A stretch of 64,000 nucleotides of DNA from contig JANQJU010000095.1 of NCBI GenBank assembly GCA_028281495.1, positions 25,206 to 89,205 of the forward strand. Direction: 5' to 3'. The position numbers and the translations under genes were made by a program. The notes beneath the pieces are model-generated. The model did not search any database. It had not been told where the DNA came from and worked only from the letters and a program-made list of their open reading frames with translations. Below are positions 48,867 through 56,586 of the stretch, piece after piece. The first letter of the stretch is position 1; each line of letters starts with the position of its first letter. The stretch is from SAR324 cluster bacterium. GTDB lineage: Bacteria; SAR324; NAC60-12.

Positions 48867-50402
48867 ATGATGGCAATCCAATTGATCGATCGGTGCGCGT
48901 GCTGGCGTTTCCTAACCAAAGGGTTGATGTTGGTGAGTTTGTTACTGCCTGGAGTGGGGTGGGCGCAATCCTCGGACGCTTGTGTGGATGTTTCAGGCAT
49001 TTGGAACAGTGTGGAATATATGAAAGGGGAGTGTGAGCACGGAACCCAGTACCGTCGTTTGGAAATCCAACAAACCGGATGTGCCATCCAGTGGGTGGGA
49101 ACCGAGGTCACCGGTGAAGTGAACGGTTCTCAGATTACTTGGAATGACCCTTTGCCAGACCGTCATGGTCGAGGATGGTATACCTTGGAGGAGGGAACAC
49201 TCACCGTGTCCGGGTCACAAGTTGAAGGGACTTTGGTGTGGGAGTGGTCGGATGACATCAAGTACTGTATGGGCGAAACGCAGTTCCAAGCCACCCGTCA
49301 CGTTCCCGAGAGTAGAGCAATCTCGGCCTCGGAAACTGTCACAGGTCCCTGGGAGCGTGACTATTGGCCCACCGCAGGTTGGCGAACCAATACCTTGGAA
49401 GCCCAAGGGGTGGACCCCAAGCCTATTGCTAAAATCGTAGAGCAAATACCCACTCAATTACCGTTTTTGTCGAGTTTGCTGATTGTGCGTCAAGGAGAAT
49501 TAGTTTGGGAACAATATTTTCCAGGCAAGTATCAACCTGCACCTCAACCCGAACAGTTGCAGCATGTGTATTCGGTGACTAAAAGTGTGACCAGTGCGCT
49601 GGTGGGTCTCGCGATGCAGCGTCAACAACTCCACGATGTGGACCAAACCTTAGAAGACCTATTGCCTCAGGTTTACTTGGAGTCTGGACTGGAAGCGGAC
49701 AAACGGAAAATCCGCTTGCAAGACTTGTTGCAAATGACTTCTGGTTTCAAATGGATAGAAAACTTCACCGACCCCACCGGAGTCTCCACAAAATGGGCCT
49801 TTGCTAACGATTGGACCCAAGCAGCGTTAGCTCTACCTTTAGAGAACAACCCAGGGTCCCGCTTCAACTATAACTCGGCCAATTCCCATCTGCTGGGAGT
49901 GATTGTGAGCGAAGCGACGGGAATGCCGTTGGTGGCCTTTGCCAAAGAAGCGCTGTTTGCCCCGTTAGGCATCACAAATTATTATTGGTCACGAGAAGGG
50001 CAAACCTCATTTTTGACAGTTTCCAATAATAAAGGACAGTATGACCATGGCGGCGGTGGCCTGGAACTCACGGCCCGGGATTTGGCAAAGTTCGGTTATT
50101 TGTATCTGAATCAAGGCGTATGGGAGGGACGACAGCTTCTTGCCAAAGACTGGGTAGACGAGTCGTTCCACAACACGGTGAAGACCGGAGACCCCTCGAC
50201 CTATGGCTATCAATGGTGGACCTATGATGGTTGGAAATCTCCCTTTTATTATGGAGTGGGCTTGGGAGGACAATTGTTGTTTGTAGTACCAAAACAAGAT
50301 TTGGTGATCGTGATGACATCCCACCGTCCGGCGACTCCCAGTCCGGTGATAGACCTCACCTATTACTACAATTTTCAAGCGTTGATGGATGCTTTGCCGT
50401 GA
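48867..50402 (+). CDS. Beta-lactamase-family serine hydrolase with an N-terminal extra domain. Secreted.
   Basis: Canonical S-x-x-K (YSVTKSVTSALVGL). Signal peptide after Met at 48867 with RBS AAAGGGAGAAA. The listed ORF start at 48756 is probably an upstream in-frame extension. Confidence 0.55.
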   Translation: MMAIQLIDRCACWRFLTKGLMLVSLLLPGVGWAQSSDACVDVSGIWNSVEYMKGECEHGTQYRRLEIQQTGCAIQWVGTEVTGEVNGSQITWNDPLPDRHGRGWYTLEEGTLTVSGSQVEGTLVWEWSDDIKYCMGETQFQATRHVPESRAISASETVTGPWERDYWPTAGWRTNTLEAQGVDPKPIAKIVEQIPTQLPFLSSLLIVRQGELVWEQYFPGKYQPAPQPEQLQHVYSVTKSVTSALVGLAMQRQQLHDVDQTLEDLLPQVYLESGLEADKRKIRLQDLLQMTSGFKWIENFTDPTGVSTKWAFANDWTQAALALPLENNPGSRFNYNSANSHLLGVIVSEATGMPLVAFAKEALFAPLGITNYYWSREGQTSFLTVSNNKGQYDHGGGGLELTARDLAKFGYLYLNQGVWEGRQLLAKDWVDESFHNTVKTGDPSTYGYQWWTYDGWKSPFYYGVGLGGQLLFVVPKQDLVIVMTSHRPATPSPVIDLTYYYNFQALMDALP

Positions 50403-50633
50403 AGGAAGGAGGGTTGAATTGGGAAGAACTTCGACCGTTAATAGATAAACACCATGATAGACTGACACAGAACACGAAGATTCAAACGATTAAACCAAGT
50501 CGATTGCTCTGACGAAACCATCGATTTTCGATGCTTGCACTCAAAAGACTTAGGTTTATGAATATACGTGCTCGATAACTGTGTCAGTCATCAGTGGTTT
50601 GTGGCTAAGGATTTCCCACTAGAAACGGGAAAA

Positions 50634-51560
50634 CTAATTAATTGTACAATGGTTTGGAATCAAATTGCACATGTATTCGACTTCAGACTGACTTAAAACA
50701 CTGTTAAACAGATACACTTCATCGACTTCTCCTGTCAGCCAGTTATCCTCGTAAGCATCTCCGCCAATTTGGATTTGTTTGGCTATTGTCAAATTATCAG
50801 ACAGTACGACTTCTTTGACCAAATTAGCATTGATGTACATGCGGATTGTTTTGCTATTGTGGTCATAACTTCCCACCACATGTTGCCACACATTCTCTGT
50901 CAATTTACCAGAAGAATCAGAACTACAATGCCAGGAATCCGTAGTTCCATCATCGGCTCCTAGAGCGAGATGATAGTTGGTATCGCAGCCTGAGTTTTGG
51001 CTTGAGCTAGACCCTCGGAAGTAGAAATGTGATCGTGCGCTCGTGGAACCAACCCCCACAATTCCTTGCCTTAAGTGTTGATTGAGCGTGTTGTTTCCCG
51101 GCTTCACCCATACAGATACGGTGAGGGAACTATTGCCCCAATTGTTTGAAATGTTGCTACCTTGTAAATTGCTGTTCCCGGAAAACTGAGCTGCATTGCC
51201 TAGAGCTCCTTGTGGGGTGGTCGTTAAAGTCCCGATGTTCAAGTGGTTTCCGTTCGGTGATTGGTCATCCGTTGGGGATGGTCCATCAAAGGAATAGTGG
51301 GCAAACAAGCCTCCAGGCATTGTAGGTTGTGAGAGATCTAAAACTGGCAAATCTCGGCCATCCCAAAATTGGATTTTACCTCCATCCCGAGTTACTAAAT
51401 CCGTTACACCGTCGTTATTTAGATCATCAAACCGAAATCCATTGATGTTGGTACAATACTGATTGGTGAGACAATCCAGTATATCTATAGGTTCCGGTTC
51501 AGGAGTCGTGGCAGAAGCGAATGTGGGTGCCGCTAATAGAATCAATAACCATTTTTTCAT
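50634..51560 (-). CDS. Secreted LamG/concanavalin-A-like lectin domain protein.
   Basis: Signal peptide. The C-terminal ...GEVDEVYLFNSVLSQSEVEY matches the terminal strand of LamG-type jelly-roll domains. Confidence 0.35.
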   Translation of the reverse strand: MKKWLLILLAAPTFASATTPEPEPIDILDCLTNQYCTNINGFRFDDLNNDGVTDLVTRDGGKIQFWDGRDLPVLDLSQPTMPGGLFAHYSFDGPSPTDDQSPNGNHLNIGTLTTTPQGALGNAAQFSGNSNLQGSNISNNWGNSSLTVSVWVKPGNNTLNQHLRQGIVGVGSTSARSHFYFRGSSSSQNSGCDTNYHLALGADDGTTDSWHCSSDSSGKLTENVWQHVVGSYDHNSKTIRMYINANLVKEVVLSDNLTIAKQIQIGGDAYEDNWLTGEVDEVYLFNSVLSQSEVEYMCNLIPNHCTIN

Positions 51561-51762
51561 AGTTCCTCTATGTGATAGTATTGGAAAATAATTTAATGTT
51601 TAGTGGAATTTTCATTGTCCTTTATTGGACAACTGTAAAGACAACAACTTTTTTTGATAGGTTTAAAAAAAAAAGAGAAGTTATTCAATTTTATGGTTTT
51701 GTTAACGTTAGTATTGATGGATAACTTGTCGGAAGGGAGGGGCATGGATTCTCTAGAAGAGC

Positions 51763-52308
51763 TTACTGACTGCGGGGGCCAGCGCCGTATTCTTTTATTT
51801 TCAGATAAATTTTATACAAGGTGGTGTTAACAGCATAAATCGCAAAGCCCCAGCAAAGCCCTCCTAACACAATGAGAAGAGCAGTCCTCACAAATCCTGA
51901 AAAGGCAATCAGGGTCATTTGCCTATACAAAAAAATTGCCACAAATTGAATCATCTCGGTAGTTGAGTCAAATTCTACACTCCTATTGAGCACATTGTAC
52001 CGAGAGAACTGATCGTAAAGTTCTACGATGAGCCTTATCATCACAACACAGGTACTCGCTAGCATTCCAGTTAGGAGCATTTTTTCCCAAGATGGTTTTC
52101 CTTTCAAGCATCGATTCAATTGAACCGCACCCAGCCAACCGGTGATTAACGCGAATGGTACAATGCTCAGCAAATCATCAAGGTACATCGTGATGTAAGT
52201 CCAATCGAGCAAGAGAATCTCCATTTTGGGAATAAGCACATGAGGCACCCAAATGGATAGGATTATCAAGGCCTCGATCAATCCGACAAGTATTGGGGGT
52301 CTTTTCAT
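51763..52308 (-). CDS. Hypothetical polytopic membrane protein (181 aa).
   Basis: Four to five predicted TM helices. No recognised motif. Confidence 0.3.
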   Translation of the reverse strand: MKRPPILVGLIEALIILSIWVPHVLIPKMEILLLDWTYITMYLDDLLSIVPFALITGWLGAVQLNRCLKGKPSWEKMLLTGMLASTCVVMIRLIVELYDQFSRYNVLNRSVEFDSTTEMIQFVAIFLYRQMTLIAFSGFVRTALLIVLGGLCWGFAIYAVNTTLYKIYLKIKEYGAGPRSQ

Positions 52309-52362
52309 AGGGATTCGCTTTCAATTGAATTGGTAAAATTCAACTCTCATTTATGTGACCAA

Positions 52363-52400
52363 AATAGGAAGATTTTCTCGCAGAATAGGAAGATTTTCTC
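52363..52400. repeat. Direct repeat AATAGGAAGATTTTCTC x2 with a 21-bp period, in an AT-rich intergenic region.
   Basis: Read directly from the sequence. Confidence 0.5.
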
Positions 52401-52772
52401 TCAGATTAAGAGAGCCTTAGAAGATTGTAGTGAGCAGAGCCATTACCTAAAGACTGTTATCTAAATCAGGGGTAGGACAACCTGAAGTAGTTTTGCTGGT
52501 ATTGGAAACAATCATTGATAGATTTTTTTCTATTCCTGATAGATTAAATTCTATAAATAATGGATCTTTTAGCGAACACTGAAGCTATTTTGAAAAATAA
52601 CCTGTAGTCTGAATTTTATTTTTTTGTTTTAAAATTAGTTACTTATGCGTGGTTTTAATTACTTTTTAAAGAAAAGTGTTCATGTGGCACAAATCTAGTA
52701 GCTAGAAAGGCAACAAGGCACAAAACTTTGAATGCCTTGTCCGTATGAATCCCCTCAAACTTAGGATCGAAG

Positions 52773-53195
52773 ATGATCAATTTTATCGAAGTTAGCAAAG
52801 CAATATCCCATGCGTTACGCCACGAACCATGGCTTTATGAATTGGAATTGGATCAAGAAGGCTGGGTTCCTATGGAACAGATGTTATCTGCATTACACTC
52901 TGAAAAACCGGATTGGGAGTCCTTACAAGAGAGCGATCTTCATACAATGATGGCGCGATCGGAAAAGCAACGGTATGAGATCCAAGATGGCAAAATTCGG
53001 GCGCTTTATGGTCATTCAGTACCAGGGAAGGTCACCAAAACTTCCACAGCGCCCCCCTTGGATTTCGACTCCAGTATTGGGGGTTCGATGCCTCCCGCCC
53101 CTACCAATCTAAAAGGTTTAAATAGAATATCTAACGATAAATATGCAGCTATGGGAAAAGAATTCAAAAGGTTTGAGAAGCTACAGTCAATGTAA
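52773..53195 (+). pseudogene. kptA: Truncated RNA 2'-phosphotransferase gene. The N-terminal region is intact and the catalytic C-terminal half is lost.
   Basis: SKAISHALRHEPWLYELELDQEGW and KIRALYGHSV match the KptA/Tpt1 N-terminal motifs. The sequence after about residue 95 diverges from the family (no ...YHGT... region). Confidence 0.45.
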
Positions 53196-53354
53196 AAACT
53201 GATAATTTCTATAACCTTTTTAAAAGAATGAAGTCCATTAAACGAGTCTATGGGATGGATTCGATATGTCCACCCGGCGCATTGTTTCTGAAAATTGAAA
53301 TTCTGTGTATCGACCTGGACTTTAGCCAGTGCCTGTCAAGCGCTGGATTCACGC

Positions 53355-53505
53355 GGCCGCAGGTTCAATTCCTGCCACCTTTCGAGGTGTAGCTCAGTTG
53401 GTTAGAGCACGTGTCTATTGGGATAGCTCTGCGAGAGCAACGGACTGAAAATCCGTGAATGCAGGTGGGCCGCAACAGCGGACCATTCCTGCTCCACAAT
53501 GCAAA
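53355..53505 (+). other. tRNA-like fragments. These comprise a canonical T-arm GCAGG-TTCAATT-CCTGC (53361-53377), D-arm-like segments (TAGCTCAGTTGGTTAGAGC and ATAGCTCTGCGAGAGC), an anticodon-arm-like ACGGA-CTGAAAA-TCCGT (GAA, Phe-like), and a second degenerate T-arm/acceptor-like GCAGG...ATTCCTGCTCCAC. They are not in canonical order.
   Basis: Motifs read directly from the sequence. I could not fold them into a standard cloverleaf by eye. The arrangement fits a rearranged or duplicated tRNA gene that served as an integration site. Confidence 0.3.
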
Positions 53506-53776
53506 AAGGGAGAGCTGAATATTCGGTGGAGGTGTTTTGAAATAGAGACGAGTTTTGTTTCGAAACCATCATCCACACAGAGTTGATGCTTTGCTCGTAT
53601 GAGGATACCGCTGACTGAATGCTCGGTTAGAGACTGGGCTGGTTTCGATTTTTCCTAATTCTCGAAAAACGATTCCTGTCTAGTTTGCGATTCGTCCAAT
53701 CGGTAAGCTCAATCATTCGACCGCATTGATTGTGTTAAGAATATTCAGTGATCTTGACAGAAAGGAGGTTAAATTC

Positions 53777-54931
53777 ATGTTCAAAATTTTGTTTATATGG
53801 ATATGTCGACTGTTGATGTTTGAACGGATTCTTGTGCAAGAAAATCAACGTGTACTGGTGTTTCGAGATGGAACGTTCCTTAAAATTCTATCGCCAGGCA
53901 CCTATTGGTTTTTTAAGGCACTTCATGAATTGACCTTTGAAAATCACGATATCACGCAACCTCAATTTTGTAGTGAATGGACCGATGTATTGTTGAAAAA
54001 TCACAAAGATGAAGTAGCGGATTGTTTGACCTGGGTTGATATTCTGGATCATCAGGTCGCGCTCGTTTCATTGAACGGAAAGGCTTATGAACTGCTTCCT
54101 TTAGGAGCACGTCGGGCTTATTGGACTGTGATGCATGAGCTTGATTTTGAGGTGATTGACACGTCGCAGAATCTGCAGGTGCCTCCTGAAAAAGTACCTA
54201 CACTGATGCGACTGAGGTCCAATCATTTCAGCTGGCACATTGTTACTGAAAACAGTGTAGGGTTGCTGTTTGTCAATGGTCAACTGACTCAACAATTGGG
54301 GCCTGGAGGTTATGCGTTTTGGAAAACTGGGTTAGAGCTACGGTTCGAAATTCTAGATTTGCGGGTGCAGCAAGTTGAAGTGGTTGGACAAGAAATTTTG
54401 ACCAAAGATCGTGTCAGCTTACGAGTGAATTTGACCGCGCATTACCAAGTGATGGATCCGGTTAAAGCCAAAACTCAGGTGGTTGGTTATTCCGATATGC
54501 TTTACAAATACTTACAGTTCGGTTTGCGTGAAGCGATTGGTGGCCGAAATTTGGACGAACTCTTGTTGGATAAAAACCAACTCAACGAAGTCGTTTTCTC
54601 CACAGCTAAAAACCAAATTGAAGCGTGTGGCGTGGAGTTAAAAGCGGTAGGTATCAAGGACATCATTTTGCCTGGCGAAATCCGGGACATCATGAACCAA
54701 GTGGTTGAAGCACAAAAGCGTGCCGAAGCCAACTTGATCAAAAGGCGTGAAGAAACCGCTGCTACCCGATCCTTGCTCAACACAGCTAAGTTGATGCAGG
54801 ACAATCCCACGTTGCTGCGCCTCAAGGAGCTAGAAGCGCTAGAAAAGGTAACGGATAAAATCGACAACCTGCATGTCTATAATGGGGTCGAGGGATTGAT
54901 GAATAACTTGGTCCCTTTGGCTAAATCGTAA
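53777..54931 (+). CDS. SPFH/band-7 (stomatin/prohibitin-like, slipin-type) membrane protein.
   Basis: N-terminal TM helix then an SPFH domain and a coiled-coil tail (...IKDIILPGEIRDIMNQVVEAQKRAEANLIKRRE...). Start chosen at the Met preceded by RBS AAAGGAGG. Confidence 0.55.
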   Translation: MFKILFIWICRLLMFERILVQENQRVLVFRDGTFLKILSPGTYWFFKALHELTFENHDITQPQFCSEWTDVLLKNHKDEVADCLTWVDILDHQVALVSLNGKAYELLPLGARRAYWTVMHELDFEVIDTSQNLQVPPEKVPTLMRLRSNHFSWHIVTENSVGLLFVNGQLTQQLGPGGYAFWKTGLELRFEILDLRVQQVEVVGQEILTKDRVSLRVNLTAHYQVMDPVKAKTQVVGYSDMLYKYLQFGLREAIGGRNLDELLLDKNQLNEVVFSTAKNQIEACGVELKAVGIKDIILPGEIRDIMNQVVEAQKRAEANLIKRREETAATRSLLNTAKLMQDNPTLLRLKELEALEKVTDKIDNLHVYNGVEGLMNNLVPLAKS

Positions 54932-55094
54932 CTTAACAAGAGCGTGGGTTTTCACATCAATTTGTGAAAATCCATGTTCTTACCCTTGAAATCGACTTTA
55001 CCCTCGAAATGAAATGCGGTCGCCCTGGAAGACGTTATCAATTCACTTGCGGTAGTATGTGAAATTAGAAAGGAGTGGCAATTTTTGTTAAGCA

Positions 55095-56492
55095 TTATTT
55101 ATTCTTTACCCTTAGAGATTTAAGCAAACGCTCCTTTGCATTTTCGTACTGGCTATCATTTCTCCAATTTGAAAAATCTGCGACATGTTGCTGTTTAAAA
55201 AGCATCTTCACCCAGGCTAATTGCGATCTTAGCACCGAATCATCCAATCGAATCGGTAATATATTTGATTTTCCTTGAGCAGCCCAATGGTATTCCTTTG
55301 AGACCCATTCGCTTTTTATAGAATGCCTTGAAAGTATGACAAGAAACACCTTACTACGTTGAATCTCTGCCAGAATCGTTTCTTTTAGATAATCTCCTCC
55401 GTAAAGATCATTGTACCAACAGTTCACACCACCGAGAGTCAGGTCAGCATATAGCCTATTGGTAAACTCTCTATCTTCTGAAGTATGGCTCATAAAACAA
55501 AAATCCCTTTCATGTATCTGAGCTTCATCTAATAGGATTGCATCCCTTAAATTAGCCTCACCAAATTCTGTTCGACGGACTTTTACCTTGCGTAAATCTG
55601 TCTTTGTCAACCTCGCTCCTGAAAGATTCGCTTGTCTTAGATCTGCTCCCTGAAGATTCGCGTGTTCCAAAATTGCGTTCTCGAAATCTGCGTGTAGGAG
55701 ACTTGAATTTCTGAAGTCTCCACCGCTCAAATCGACTTCCTTCAAAACGACTCTGTTCATGGTCGAATTTTGACATCTGGGAGGCTCTTCAAAATCTGCT
55801 TTTAAAAAGTTTGCCTCACTTAGATTGGCTTCTTCGAAATCTGTATTCATCAGGCGAGCACTTTCAAAGTTGGCTTCACCCAGGTACGCATATCTGAAAT
55901 CTGTATTCATCAGGCGAGCACTTTTAAAGTTTGCTTCACTCAGGTCCGCATATCTGAAATCTGTATTCATCAGGCGAGCACTTTCAAAGTTGGCTTTTTG
56001 AAGTTTCGCCTCACGAAAGTCTGCTCTATTGAGATTTGCTTCATAAAACCTAGAATCGTCCAAAATCGCTTTGACAAGGTCGGCTTCTTGAAGCATCGCC
56101 CCACTGAGATTAGTATTATTCAAATCTGTTCTAAAGAGAGTTGCATTACTGAGATCCGTATTACTCAATTCCGCATGACTTAAATTAGCTCCCTCCAGTT
56201 CAACACCCTGCAAGTTAGCATCACTAATATTTGCTTCACTGAGATTAGAGTCTTTCAAATCGGCACCACGAAAGTCAGCCCCTTGAAGATTAGCACCGCT
56301 GAGATTTGCTTCGTTTAATTTCCAATTGCTAAAATCCTTGTTTCTTAAATCTACCTTCTTGAGGTCAGCTATTTCTCCTTCTTCGCCTTCTGACTCAACC
56401 CATTCTTCATGTTTTTCGAGAATGAGTTCCAACTCTTCTGCAGAAATTTTTCGTAAATCAGCCACTGAATCTCTCAACTTGAGTTTTTCCAA
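55095..56492 (-). CDS. Pentapeptide-repeat protein with a C-terminal TIR domain.
   Basis: About 280 aa of A(D/N)LxG/A(N/D)L pentapeptide repeats. C-terminal ...RDFCFMSHTSEDREFTNRLYADLTLGGVNCWYDDL...KVFLVILSRHSIKSEWVSKEY is a TIR-like fold (F-I/M-S-H/Y motif). Confidence 0.6.
   Translation of the reverse strand: MEKLKLRDSVADLRKISAEELELILEKHEEWVESEGEEGEIADLKKVDLRNKDFSNWKLNEANLSGANLQGADFRGADLKDSNLSEANISDANLQGVELEGANLSHAELSNTDLSNATLFRTDLNNTNLSGAMLQEADLVKAILDDSRFYEANLNRADFREAKLQKANFESARLMNTDFRYADLSEANFKSARLMNTDFRYAYLGEANFESARLMNTDFEEANLSEANFLKADFEEPPRCQNSTMNRVVLKEVDLSGGDFRNSSLLHADFENAILEHANLQGADLRQANLSGARLTKTDLRKVKVRRTEFGEANLRDAILLDEAQIHERDFCFMSHTSEDREFTNRLYADLTLGGVNCWYNDLYGGDYLKETILAEIQRSKVFLVILSRHSIKSEWVSKEYHWAAQGKSNILPIRLDDSVLRSQLAWVKMLFKQQHVADFSNWRNDSQYENAKERLLKSLRVKNK
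55836..55997. repeat. About 2.7 tandem copies of a 60-bp repeat (around 93% identical) inside the pentapeptide-TIR gene. They encode 20-aa repeats ARLMNTDFRYA(D/Y)L(S/G)EANF(K/E)S.
   Basis: Read directly from the sequence. The period is exactly 60 nt (55837/55897/55957). Confidence 0.7.
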
Positions 56493-56586
56493 ACTACTAA
56501 GTAATAACGTAAGAATTGGGGATAACTCAAGCCGATCCGTAAATATTCAGAGTAACTATGAGAATGTCATTACATTAGAGTGAGTT

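Noticed and set aside
53300-53520. Possible tmRNA (ssrA), suggested by TGGATTCACGCGG resembling tmRNA 5' TGGATTCGACGGG, together with a T-arm.
   Set aside because: There is no GGGG acceptor start, no tag-peptide reading frame ending ...ALAA, no 3' CCA context, and D-arm and anticodon-arm-like elements are present, which tmRNA lacks. A rearranged tRNA is the better description.
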